From positions 134,046 through 198,045 of the IMG/VR virus record IMGVR_UViG_3300022562_002256: a DNA stretch of 64,000 bases. One strand, 5' to 3'. The DNA is from a virus. Shown here one piece after another: positions 27,863 to 36,705 of the stretch. Each line of letters opens with the position of its first letter. Position 1 is the stretch's first letter. Under the pieces are notes generated by a model that was given only the letters and a program-made list of their open reading frames with translations, searched no databases and was not told where the DNA came from. Position numbers and translations under genes: made by a program.

Positions 27863-28418
27863 GCACGGCCTGGACCCGGCCCTGATACGCCTGGATCGCA
27901 GGTACGAGCAGTGCTGCACCGTCGAAGAGCAGCATCCCCGTGGCGCAGACCACGGTGATGTCCACCCCGCTGCGGCCCACGACTGGACGTTGGCGACGGC
28001 ACCGCCACCAACCAACCGCCCCCACGGCGACGGCGCACAGGCTCGGCCAAAACTGCGCTGGCCCCCACCATGTGGCGGTGCCCGGTGCACAGCCCACAGC
28101 GAGCGCTGCCCCTAGCCACGCGACAGAAAGGGCCCGCCAACGCGTCGCCCATGTGTCCAGGTAGGCCAGGGCGTTGCAGCCCGCGACGGCGACATATACG
28201 GCCAACTGGACGCGTGCAGGGGCGTCCAGCCACACGAGACAAGCGTACGCGAGCGACACGGCGAGGCATGTCGTCACTGGCCAGTGACGGCGGCGGCGGC
28301 AAACGATAATGGCGGCTGGGACAAGCGCAGCGAGCGAGAGAGCCGCACCGATCACGCGCGATCCCCGCAGGGCCGAAAAGAGTCCCCCGGGGTGAGGTCG
28401 GCCAGCGGCGTCAACCAC
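27801..28418 (-). CDS. multi-pass membrane protein
   Basis: five to six hydrophobic segments; GAGGAGG RBS. Confidence 0.55.
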   Translation of the reverse strand: MVDAAGRPHPGGLFSALRGSRVIGAALSLAALVPAAIIVCRRRRHWPVTTCLAVSLAYACLVWLDAPARVQLAVYVAVAGCNALAYLDTWATRWRALSVAWLGAALAVGCAPGTATWWGPAQFWPSLCAVAVGAVGWWRCRRQRPVVGRSGVDITVVCATGMLLFDGAALLVPAIQAYQGRVQAVLMALVQVGWLVLERAGPRRV

Positions 28419-29245
28419 GATGGCACATCCTCCTCGACGTGGCCGGAAAGCAGCCTGCCGGAGTTTGCGGCACCGACATGTTTTGCGAGTAGTCCGGTGG
28501 GCTGCTCGACCCAGTGGCGCGATTCACAATAGGACAAGGCGCCGGTACACACACGGTACGAGGACGAGCCCTCGTATACTGCGGTCAACCACTCACCCCA
28601 ACCCAAAAACACGGCAGGCGTATCGACGGCACGGCACTGGTCGAGTACTTTGCGAACGGAGGTGGGGTCGAGGGGGTTTTTGATGCCGACGACCACCACA
28701 AGGTCAACCCGGGAGGCCGCGCTGATTTGCCCCAAGTCGATTGGGGCAAGCGGTTCGATGACAAGTGCGTGCCGCGCCGACCGCGCAGCGAGCAACGCGT
28801 CGAGCCGCTCCATATCCCCCTGGACCCGCACAAGAAGCGCTGGGATGACCCGGGATGGCGGCTCGTCACCGTCCTTCCAATCGGACCCAGGCACAACAAA
28901 GTAGCGCTCCGGGCATCCCCACACAGCATAACGGGCCACCGCCCCATGCACGGTGCTGTCCGATGAAAGCCACGGAGCGCACACGACGCAGCGCGCGTCG
29001 GGGACTGGTTCGCCCGTCGGCCAATCCCAAAAGGCGTAGACGAGTGGGTCGGTTGGCCGCACGTTCCACCGCCGGGAGAATTCGTTTTCGGACAAATGGC
29101 GCTCCATCGTCCCGTCTGCGTGGCGCACGTGCCAAGGGTATGGCGTGCCAGCCTGATGGCGGGCCATTCCAAAAGCTGTGGGGTCGTCGCGCCGCACCAC
29201 GGGGATGGTGAGGGCGCCGTCGCCGTCTGGGCAGTAGTCACTCAT
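28352..29245 (-). CDS. degenerate DUF5131-like protein, copy 3, with extra N-terminal domain
   Basis: WDW.TGEPVPDA.CVVCAP, LVIEPLAPIDL, VDLVVVVG, VLDQCRAVDTPAVFLGWGEW, SGRLLSG. Confidence 0.65.
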   Translation of the reverse strand: MSDYCPDGDGALTIPVVRRDDPTAFGMARHQAGTPYPWHVRHADGTMERHLSENEFSRRWNVRPTDPLVYAFWDWPTGEPVPDARCVVCAPWLSSDSTVHGAVARYAVWGCPERYFVVPGSDWKDGDEPPSRVIPALLVRVQGDMERLDALLAARSARHALVIEPLAPIDLGQISAASRVDLVVVVGIKNPLDPTSVRKVLDQCRAVDTPAVFLGWGEWLTAVYEGSSSYRVCTGALSYCESRHWVEQPTGLLAKHVGAANSGRLLSGHVEEDVPSWLTPLADLTPGDSFRPCGDRA

Positions 29246-29459
29246 GATGCCCTCGTGGTGGCAGTGAGCCTATCGCTCCGCGGAGAAGGCGTAGGTCCCA
29301 CTCGGCCTCGGCGCGGGTGTGGCGCCACACTGGTTGGGCGGCGTCATCGCACAGCGCGACCAGCGCATCCATCGCGTTCTCGGATGGAAAACGGATGAGC
29401 GCAACCGCTTGGTAGAGCGGCCCGGTCGCGCTCATCCGCTCCTCGATGAAAAGGCTCAT
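29238..29459 (-). CDS. hypothetical protein
   Basis: ATG 15 nt after sigma54 -12 element. Confidence 0.55.
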   Translation of the reverse strand: MSLFIEERMSATGPLYQAVALIRFPSENAMDALVALCDDAAQPVWRHTRAEAEWDLRLLRGAIGSLPPRGHHE

Positions 29460-29472
29460 GACTCGCGCCCTA

Positions 29473-29488
29473 TGCACGTGGCGTGCCA
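29473..29488 (-). promoter_or_regulatory. sigma54-type promoter motif
   Basis: TGGCACGCCACGTGCA. Confidence 0.7.
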
Positions 29489-29515
29489 ACCGTCGGCGGT
29501 AGGTGTCGAGTGGCG

Positions 29516-29531
29516 TGGCACAGCGCATGCA
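29516..29531 (+). promoter_or_regulatory. sigma54-type promoter motif
   Basis: TGGCACAGCGCATGCA; divergent partner of 29473; ATG 15 nt after the -12 C. Confidence 0.65.
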
Positions 29532-29544
29532 GGACACTCGTTTC

Positions 29545-29883
29545 ATGGTGAGTGTTGTGATGCATGATGCAATTCTCCGCCTCGCGCGCGGCGAGTTTAC
29601 CACCGACCTGGCGCGGGTGTGGCGGCGCCTGCCGACCGAATGCCGCCACGACGGTGCCGCCGCGGCACGCGCGGCGCGCACCGTTCGGATGCACACCAGT
29701 CGGTGGAGGTCCGACGGGCATGGCGGGTGGGTGCATGTGAACGGGCTCGGATTTCAGACGGTTGCCCTTGTCCACGGTTGGCACCGTGGCTGGGTTCTGA
29801 TCAAGCCGTCGGGGGTGCGCCTCTGGTATCCATCCCCCGCAAAGGCTATCAGGGCGTGGGCCAAACGCCGTCCACCTTGCTAA
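29545..29883 (+). CDS. hypothetical protein
   Basis: apparently leaderless start after sigma54 motif. Confidence 0.5.
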   Translation: MVSVVMHDAILRLARGEFTTDLARVWRRLPTECRHDGAAAARAARTVRMHTSRWRSDGHGGWVHVNGLGFQTVALVHGWHRGWVLIKPSGVRLWYPSPAKAIRAWAKRRPPC

Positions 29884-29901
29884 AACGCGTGGCCCGGCAA
29901 C

Positions 29902-30120
29902 ATGAATAATTCAATTGAGCACAAGACGACGGTCGGGGCGCTTCATGTCACGTGGAGCGGCGGTGTGCCGACGTGGGAAGCGGATGACCCCGCCCCGCCA
30001 TCGGGCGGCGGGTGGAAGTTGGCGGCGACAGCGACGGGCGAGTTCGTCGATGGCTATGCACCAATCATCCGAGATTGGGTCCGCGACACCAGGCCTAAGG
30101 TGAGCCGGGTGCCGATCTGA
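29902..30120 (+). CDS. hypothetical protein
   Basis: 72-aa ORF co-oriented with upstream gene. Confidence 0.45.
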   Translation: MNNSIEHKTTVGALHVTWSGGVPTWEADDPAPPSGGGWKLAATATGEFVDGYAPIIRDWVRDTRPKVSRVPI

Positions 30121-30170
30121 GGCGCCGCTGTGGGGCGCGCCGCCGCCCGCCGTGCTAAGGTTGGGGGGCG

Positions 30171-31193
30171 ATGAAGTTCAGCGCCTTCGCCCCCTTCGGG
30201 ATGTTTGCCTTCAGCTCCAAGCCGACCCACGCGGAGGCGTTCTACCGCTCGATGGTCGCGGCGGTGGGCAATGTGCCGGGGTCGACCGTGGCGAAGGGGA
30301 CCATCTCGACTGCGCCTGGCACCCGCATGGAGGCAAAAATCTACGCGGACGCTATGGCCTTCGCTCGCGCGCGCTACCTGCTCGAGCACGCGGGGGCCCA
30401 GCGTCTGCCGGAACAGCTCACGGAGTTGCTCCCCACCCGCGAGACCGAGTACCAGATCGTCCCCGGGTTCCGTGACACCGTAACTGAACGGCGGCGGGCC
30501 GTCGCGGCTCGGATGATGTTACCGCGAGGGGCGGCAAAGACGGAGGTCGAAAACGCGTTGCTCACCCTTCTCGGGCCGGCGTTCATCGCCTATCGGCCAA
30601 CCCCCGCGAGCGAGGCGACTCAGTGGCCGGTGTCGCTTGGCGACCAACCCCAAAACCTCCAACTGCCGTCGGTGCCACGCAGGTTGGTCCGCCTACTCGA
30701 TCCGATCACGATCGGGCTAGGCTCCCCTCAATTTGTGCGGTATGAGCGCGTGGTTCCGGACACATCGGACTCCCCGCCGCTCCACGTGCTCCTCGTAGGG
30801 GACACGTTGGTGTTTGATGCCGGCAACCTCGACATGGCGGAGACACTGACCGTCACGGAACTCGGGTCCGTACAGCTCGTCCCGGGGGGCCCGACGTACG
30901 CGACGCTCGAGGCGACGTTCAACAACCCGCACGCCACGGGGGCGGTCGCCACGACAGCACCGTGGCCCGTGTGGGTATCGTCGAAACGCAACAACTTGGT
31001 GGTGCTCACCGGGCCCGCCGCCGAGGACGCGGAGACTCGCCGCAAGACCGACGAGCAACTCGCGCGCCAGCTCCGCGGAGTGAGCACATGGTACATTGCG
31101 GGCGAGTCGTCGCCGGGCAGCATGACGACCGGACCGTTTCAGGTAGGGATTGGCAAGCTAGGAATCACCACCATAGGACTCATCGTCCTTTAG
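30171..31193 (+). CDS. baseplate/tail protein, DUF2313 (YmfQ / Mu gp48)-like
   Basis: LTELLPTRETEYQIVP...DTVTERRRAVAAR resembles the ELLP.WE..YG..P....L.ERR.R motif. Confidence 0.55.
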   Translation: MKFSAFAPFGMFAFSSKPTHAEAFYRSMVAAVGNVPGSTVAKGTISTAPGTRMEAKIYADAMAFARARYLLEHAGAQRLPEQLTELLPTRETEYQIVPGFRDTVTERRRAVAARMMLPRGAAKTEVENALLTLLGPAFIAYRPTPASEATQWPVSLGDQPQNLQLPSVPRRLVRLLDPITIGLGSPQFVRYERVVPDTSDSPPLHVLLVGDTLVFDAGNLDMAETLTVTELGSVQLVPGGPTYATLEATFNNPHATGAVATTAPWPVWVSSKRNNLVVLTGPAAEDAETRRKTDEQLARQLRGVSTWYIAGESSPGSMTTGPFQVGIGKLGITTIGLIVL

Positions 31194-31427
31194 CGGATGC
31201 TCGGACTCGCCCATCGGCTCGAAGGGGTCGACGGCCAGCCGCCCGAGAGGCGACAGATCACGCCGTTGATCACCGCGCTTCCCCGTCAAGTAGCCAGCGC
31301 GGATGAGTCGGCGGATGGCTGCTTCAGGAAGCACATGGTCGCCCACCTTCCACCGCCGACCATCGCGTACGGCGCCGTGTGTCCCAACGGCGCCCAAGAT
31401 TGCTCGCTCAGCGGGTGTTATGCCCAT
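31158..31427 (-). CDS. small winged-helix-like protein
   Basis: ITPAERAIL...IRRLIRAGYL...LSPLGR. Confidence 0.5.
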   Translation of the reverse strand: MGITPAERAILGAVGTHGAVRDGRRWKVGDHVLPEAAIRRLIRAGYLTGKRGDQRRDLSPLGRLAVDPFEPMGESEHPLKDDESYGGDS

Positions 31428-31504
31428 AGTCCACGGAACAGGGGCGCAAGGACACGAGCTGCGAGGTAGGCTGGGTTTAACGTTTTCATGTTTCCGTGTT
31501 CGTG

Positions 31505-31520
31505 TGCACGGCTCGTGCCA
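31505..31520 (-). promoter_or_regulatory. sigma54-type promoter motif
   Basis: TGGCACGAGCCGTGCA; ATG at 31489 opens a 23-aa ORF overlapping the next start. Confidence 0.65.
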
Positions 31521-31723
31521 TCATGCCGCCTGGGTGACCGGTTGGGCCGGGTACTGCTCAACTTTGGCCGTGAGTGCTAAAAATCGCCTATCGTGTAGAG
31601 ACTTTCGTGATCGAACGACGCATGGTTGATCCCGTCGCTACACGGAGATCAACGGACTGAGCCTCCCAGGTGGGCAAAACCAGGGAGGCTCTCAGTCAAT
31701 CACCGAAGACACGGAGATCAACC

Positions 31724-32143
31724 ATGGCAGAACAGAGCACACCGGCCCGCGTGGGCCAAGAAGAGGACCCTTTCATCGCCCTGCTCGGACGGCACACGGG
31801 CGCCATCGTGCGCATGACCGCGGTGCTCACGAAGCTCTCGGGGCGCCTGGACGCGCTCGAGACACGCCTCGACATCCCCAAGAAGCCCGCGGACGAGGAT
31901 GCTCCTGTCCCCTTCGCGATCGGGATCGACGGGCGCGCCTTGCTCCACGTCGACCACGTGGACATGTCGGACGGGCGGCCCTACCCCACTTGGGAAGGCG
32001 TGATGCTGAGCGAGCAGGGGACCGCCGAGCTGCTCACCTATGCCGCGGACGGTGCGTTCGACGCCGCCGCGAAGATGGGCGCGTGGCTCAAGAAGATGCG
32101 CCAAAAGGCCAGCGAGACCGCGGCGGAAGGCGAGGAACCGTGA
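31724..32143 (+). CDS. IS passenger hypothetical protein
   Basis: GGAG RBS; inside IS ends. Confidence 0.65.
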   Translation: MAEQSTPARVGQEEDPFIALLGRHTGAIVRMTAVLTKLSGRLDALETRLDIPKKPADEDAPVPFAIGIDGRALLHVDHVDMSDGRPYPTWEGVMLSEQGTAELLTYAADGAFDAAAKMGAWLKKMRQKASETAAEGEEP

Positions 32144-32475
32144 CGCTGCGCCTCGTCCGAGATGAGCCTCCCAAGGCTCCGACCAAGCGGCGCAAGGGCG
32201 AGCGACGCCCCGTGCTCACCGCGGACGAAGAGAAGCGCTTCCGTGCGGCGATGCGCGGCTTGGAAGGCGCCTTCGGGTCGTGGTCGTGCCTCGCAGCCGC
32301 GATGGACGTCGACCCCGGTGCGCTCCGCCGCATGATGCGCGGCAGTGCGAGCGTCTCCGGTGAGATGGTCGTCAAGGCCATGAAGGCGAGCGGCTTGAGC
32401 CTCGCGGATCTGCTCGGCGGTCCTGTCCTCGCAACCCGGTGCCGCGCGTGCGGTGCCGTCAAGAGGGCAGCATGA
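32140..32475 (+). CDS. IS passenger XRE-like HTH protein with C-terminal CxxC
   Basis: SWSCLAAAMDVDPGALRRMMRG...VSGEM; CRAC. Confidence 0.6.
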   Translation: MTLRLVRDEPPKAPTKRRKGERRPVLTADEEKRFRAAMRGLEGAFGSWSCLAAAMDVDPGALRRMMRGSASVSGEMVVKAMKASGLSLADLLGGPVLATRCRACGAVKRAA

Positions 32476-32660
32476 AGCCCTTGATCGGTCACGAGAGGAC
32501 GCGAGCCCGGCGCGCGGTTGAAGCCCTTCGACCGTACGATCGCACGGTTGTTGCCCGCTTGCTCGACATGAAGCGCCACACCGTCCGCTACATCCTGGAC
32601 GGCAGGATGCTCCCCGGGCCGCGGTTCCAAGCGGCTGTCACGCGCGTCGTCTCGCCGTAA
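32472..32660 (+). CDS. IS passenger small HTH-like protein
   Basis: ATGA coupling; VVARLLDMKRHTVRYILDG. Confidence 0.5.
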   Translation: MKPLIGHERTRARRAVEALRPYDRTVVARLLDMKRHTVRYILDGRMLPGPRFQAAVTRVVSP

Positions 32661-32886
32661 CCTTTCTCACCCTACAGGCTCACCCCACGAAAAGCTTGCT
32701 TCCCAAGCTTATGGGCCTTGACATCTGTCCAGCTCAAGCTAGATAGAGGTCGAGCCTGCTGTCAACAGGCCCAACATGCCGAACCGCTTCACCGGCTCGG
32801 GAACGGTGTTTCCACCGCACGTGTGGGCATGGTGCTCATGCGTTCTGAGTTCGTCAAGTGGTTCTCGCGAAGTAGGCACGATAGAT

Positions 32887-33378
32887 ATGGATAGTCCTTA
32901 CTACGATCATTTTGTCAAAATCTGCTTCAAGCTGAGGGCGCGCAATCGCGCATGCGTCAATGCGGCCGATGGCATCGTCCAAGATTTGCGGCATGCGTGC
33001 GGTGACACGACGGAACGGAATCCGCGCCGCGTTCAATGCGTCCCCCCGGAACCGCTAAATGATGGTGAGCGTAAGATTGGCCGAGAAGGACAATATGCTA
33101 TCTCGCCTAACGGCGTTCTGCGGCAACGCCTGCGAATAACCATCACGTCTGTTGCCACGGAGGAGCCGGAGATTCTCGATCTTGACGTGCTCATTCGACA
33201 GGAAACAAAACACAAAGAAACAAGCTTCGTGAGTGTCACGTTGACATCCCTTGACGGAACCGCTGTCGATTATTCGCCTGACAGCCGCGTCAAGGCCATA
33301 AGTGACACCCTAATGCAGCAAATCGCCAACGAAGTCGAGCGCCTTCTGGAGGCGCGACTTGGCGGCTCGACGCAATGA
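32887..33378 (+). CDS. IS passenger protein, lower GC than surroundings
   Basis: ORF downstream of TTGACA at ~32718; AT-richer codons. Confidence 0.55.
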   Translation: MDSPYYDHFVKICFKLRARNRACVNAADGIVQDLRHACGDTTERNPRRVQCVPPEPLNDGERKIGREGQYAISPNGVLRQRLRITITSVATEEPEILDLDVLIRQETKHKETSFVSVTLTSLDGTAVDYSPDSRVKAISDTLMQQIANEVERLLEARLGGSTQ

Positions 33379-33534
33379 TCTGGTGTCTACGATGATTGGT
33401 CCTGTGGGGGGAACCGTTGTCGCACGTATCCCAATCTCCACCCCATCCGTGTTAATGATCGGTATGTAGTAGACACCGCGTGCATCGGGCTTGATGGTTG
33501 TGAGGTGACTGCGTTGCTCGGCGTGGTTGTTCAT
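33310..33534 (-). CDS. IS passenger small protein, leaderless
   Basis: TTGACA(33564-33569)-N17-CAAAAT promoter, ATG 7 nt downstream, overlapped by 20-bp near-palindrome. Confidence 0.5.
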   Translation of the reverse strand: MNNHAEQRSHLTTIKPDARGVYYIPIINTDGVEIGIRATTVPPTGPIIVDTRSLRRAAKSRLQKALDFVGDLLH

Positions 33535-33565
33535 GGGTCAATTTTGACCCATAGGCACGGCGCTG

Positions 33566-34660
33566 TCAAGTCTCATCATCAAACAGCTTGAGCTGCGTCC
33601 CCTTCGGAGGAAGCGGCTTGCTCGGCTTCACCGCCGATGGCTCGCTCTGCGCTGTCTTCTCGGGATGAGCAGCCGCCCACGCGAAGAGATCACCCTGCCG
33701 TTCGGCCATCGCCGCAGGCGTCGGAGCGGGCTTGCTCCCCGGCGTAGGGACGGCACGAAGCCAGACGCCGGTGCTCGTCTTCCGCGAGGCACCTGGCGCG
33801 CCTGGACGCGGCGTGAGGGGTTGCGGACTCGGAGCTTCCCCTTCGGGTTCGGACAGGCACGCCGCGACGAACTCCTCAGCGCTCCACACGTGGTCCGTGA
33901 TGCCCGATTGCATCGCGGGGGTCACGCGCAGGGCCATGTGCACACGACAGAAGTTGAAGAAGCCTACGTACGCGCTGATCGAGGCGCGGTGATGCGCGAG
34001 CGTCTTGGACGCGCCCGTGCCTCTCCGGACGAGGCGCCGTAGCTGCGTCCTGAACGAGAGGTTGAGCCGCTCCGCGTGCGACGTGGAGCACTCGTCCAGG
34101 TTCGGCGCTCCCCAGATCGTGCGCTTCGTCATGCCGGGCCCGTCGCTCTTCAGACGACCGCGCTTGCCGCCGTTGAAGCTCTTGACGACCTGCGCATAGT
34201 CGATGTCGGTGAACGCCGCTCCGACAGCTCGGGGGTAGCCGGGGTACGCGTCCGTCGACAGCACGGGGATCGTGACCAGCCTCGCTCGGAGGTCCGCGAG
34301 GAACGCGTCCGTGGTCTCTTGGGTGCGCTTACCGACGCGGTACGACACGACGAGCTTCGCGGTCTTGGCGCTCGCGAGGTACACCCACTGCTCGCCGATC
34401 GCGTCGTCATGCACCTCGGGGAGGTTCTTCTCCCTCACCTTGACGTAGCTGTGCAGCTCGTCCCCTTCGATGTGCTCGATGCTCAAGCCGCGGACGAGGC
34501 GGTCATGAACACGGTCGTACCCCTGTCCGATCGCGAGCAAGAGGCGCAGGACCGTGGGTTGACTGACGTCGGTCAACCTCGATGCGGCACGCACCCCCGC
34601 CCCCTCCATGAGGTGCGCAAAGACCTCGGCTTGACGCGACAGCGGAAGCACGTTCGCCAT
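33566..34660 (-). CDS. IS1-family DDE transposase
   Basis: N-terminal HTH (EGAGVRAASRLTDVSQPTVLRLL), DELHSYV, YRVGKRT, STD, STS.AER.NL..R..LRR, TPAM..G.TD.VW. Confidence 0.92.
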   Translation of the reverse strand: MANVLPLSRQAEVFAHLMEGAGVRAASRLTDVSQPTVLRLLLAIGQGYDRVHDRLVRGLSIEHIEGDELHSYVKVREKNLPEVHDDAIGEQWVYLASAKTAKLVVSYRVGKRTQETTDAFLADLRARLVTIPVLSTDAYPGYPRAVGAAFTDIDYAQVVKSFNGGKRGRLKSDGPGMTKRTIWGAPNLDECSTSHAERLNLSFRTQLRRLVRRGTGASKTLAHHRASISAYVGFFNFCRVHMALRVTPAMQSGITDHVWSAEEFVAACLSEPEGEAPSPQPLTPRPGAPGASRKTSTGVWLRAVPTPGSKPAPTPAAMAERQGDLFAWAAAHPEKTAQSEPSAVKPSKPLPPKGTQLKLFDDET

Positions 34661-34952
34661 GGGGCTTGCCTCCCAAGCGGTTCGGCTCCATGCTCCCTCT
34701 CGTGACGCGTCGGGTGGACCTACCGCTTGATGCTCCGCCCTGCGCTGGACATCCCTCCGTTGCAGGGCGTTTTCGTTGGTAGATCCAAGATAAGGCTTTG
34801 AAACAAGGCGATCTAGCTCTTTTTTCTCCACAGGGACGTAGGATGTCCGAGCTGCTTCGTGTGTCATCGCTGCGCTTCCGTGTTGCATGCCGTGTGTGTT
34901 GCTTCTGCCGGACGATGAGCGTCAGACTGCTAAAGTTTGAAACCTCGACTGC

Positions 34953-36251
34953 TCAACTTTGAGCACTACCTTGGGCCGTGTCGACCGGCTCAGCCACAAC
35001 CCGACTCAGCACCGTTTGCTTGGCCCCCTCATACTCGCCATGCCGCTTCACTTTGCCGGCGAGCGTGTAGCGCCGCCCCACGTCGGCGAAGGTGATGGCG
35101 GACACGCCGGACTCGTACCACACGATCGTCGCACCGTCGACGGTGCGAGCTTTGATCATCGTGCTGTACCCGAACCTGCCATCGACGCCGTGGACGAAGT
35201 CGATGGCGACCGGCTCGGTGGAAAGCACGGTCGGCGCGCCCTTGAGAGGCTGCCCCCGCTTGCCCACCTTGGCGGGGAGGCCGAACGTGACTTTCTCGCC
35301 GATGCCGCCGAGGTGGATGTTCACCTGGGGCCGGGCCGCACGCTCTGCAGCCGCACGGGCACGCGCCACCGCTCGCTGGTAGGCAACAATCATGCTCGCG
35401 GCGAGGCCAGCCGTCTTGGCCTCCACCAAGCCGGTGCGCGCGATGGCCCGCAGGTTGTGGAGGTAGTCGCCCTTGTCCGTGGCGACGTCGGCGTCAGTGA
35501 GCGACTCAGCCCACTGCTCGGCGGCGTCGGCCATGGCTCTGTGCTCGTCGGTGGGTTCGGCGCGCACGGCATCGGCGCCGCGTGCGGTCAGGCTGGCCCA
35601 TGCCCTGTCCGCAGTGGCCATGGAGGCGGTTTCTCGTGCCGTCGTGCGCGAGACCCAGCCCCAGTCGTCGTGGCCGACAAACCAAGCCACGTCAGCCAGA
35701 AACTCGGCCAGCGTGAGGACGTTGGCGCCCCGGGTGCCACCACACCCCTCCATGCCGTCAGAGGCGATGGCGCGCGCGTCGGCGAGCATGGAAGCCCGCG
35801 CCGCAAGGCGGACCCCGCTGTCGTCACCGAGGAAGTCGTTAATGCAGGTCGAGCCGACCTGAGCGCTGCGGCCGTCGTCATGGCGCACGACGTAAGTGTC
35901 GAGGCGACGTCGCGCGGCGCGGCAGTGGTCGCACTGCGGCCCGCGGGTGCGGTACTCCGGGGGCACCGTCTCGTCGGGGCAGGCGTGGACGACGTTCTCG
36001 CCGTCGAGGTGCTGCAGGGTGGCGACGAAGGTCCACCCCGCGTACCGGACGCGGGTGTCGACCATTGTCAGCGGCACACGGGTGACCCAGCCGTAGTCGG
36101 GATCGGGGACCAACTCCCACTCGGTCTGGGCCTTGCCCCACGACCACTCCAGAAGCGGGAGGCCCTTGCGGGCGGCGCGCTTGTTCAGGGCGTGGAGAGC
36201 GTGCTCCACGCGCTCACGGTTGGCGAGAAGGACTTCGTATACGGTGGTCAT
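34953..36251 (-). CDS. conserved phage protein (Zn-binding CxxC + C-terminal OB-fold-like); 3' end supplied by IS right end
   Basis: CDHCRAARRR.DTYVVRHDDG...QVGSTC..DFLG; YTLAGKVKRHGEYEGAKQTVLSRV; last 5 codons GSAQS* lie in the IS IR. Confidence 0.75.
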   Translation of the reverse strand: MTTVYEVLLANRERVEHALHALNKRAARKGLPLLEWSWGKAQTEWELVPDPDYGWVTRVPLTMVDTRVRYAGWTFVATLQHLDGENVVHACPDETVPPEYRTRGPQCDHCRAARRRLDTYVVRHDDGRSAQVGSTCINDFLGDDSGVRLAARASMLADARAIASDGMEGCGGTRGANVLTLAEFLADVAWFVGHDDWGWVSRTTARETASMATADRAWASLTARGADAVRAEPTDEHRAMADAAEQWAESLTDADVATDKGDYLHNLRAIARTGLVEAKTAGLAASMIVAYQRAVARARAAAERAARPQVNIHLGGIGEKVTFGLPAKVGKRGQPLKGAPTVLSTEPVAIDFVHGVDGRFGYSTMIKARTVDGATIVWYESGVSAITFADVGRRYTLAGKVKRHGEYEGAKQTVLSRVVAEPVDTAQGSAQS

Positions 36252-36271
36252 CGCGGCGTTCCTTCCGTGGC

Positions 36272-36574
36272 TTAGTCGTCGTACCATCCGTCATCGTCAT
36301 CGCAATCGGCGGTGTGGTTGGGGGCATCGAGGAGGATCGCGTCCTCCTCGGCCGGGGTCAACTCACCGCCCCATACAACCATGATCGACCGCCCGAAGGC
36401 GTCGAGGACCAGGTTCCCCGCCTCGTCGCGCTTCTCGACGAGGATCTCGTCGATCTCGGCGTCGGCCGGCTCACCGACAGACCGGTCGGCGGGATAAAGG
36501 ATGACGCAGACCGTCAGTTCGACCATCTCGTCATCTCGCTCGACCTCGTACCCCATCTCGATGTGCGTCGTCAT
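36272..36574 (-). CDS. acidic hypothetical protein
   Basis: ATG 14 nt after sigma54 -12 element. Confidence 0.6.
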   Translation of the reverse strand: MTTHIEMGYEVERDDEMVELTVCVILYPADRSVGEPADAEIDEILVEKRDEAGNLVLDAFGRSIMVVWGGELTPAEEDAILLDAPNHTADCDDDDGWYDD

Positions 36575-36586
36575 GCCGTCCCATGT

Positions 36587-36602
36587 TGCACGGTCCGTGC
36601 CA
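36587..36602 (-). promoter_or_regulatory. sigma54-type promoter motif
   Basis: TGGCACGGACCGTGCA. Confidence 0.7.
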
Positions 36603-36705
36603 GGTGACGTCGACGCCCCTGGTTGTTGTGGGCTTGTGTTTGCGGCGCATCTCCGCTCGGCGGGGGGCGCCCCTTCGAATCTGGAAAGCAGGGTTCGCAC
36701 GCGCG

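Larger units (their letters stand above)
31550..34970 (-). mobile_element. IS1-family element with passenger genes (3421 bp)
   Basis: imperfect IRs GGTACTGCTCAACTTTGG (31550-31567) and reverse complement GGTAGTGCTCAAAGTTGA (34953-34970), 14/18 identical; perfect 8-bp TSD TTGGGCCG at 31542-31549 and 34971-34978; DDE transposase inside. Confidence 0.9.
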
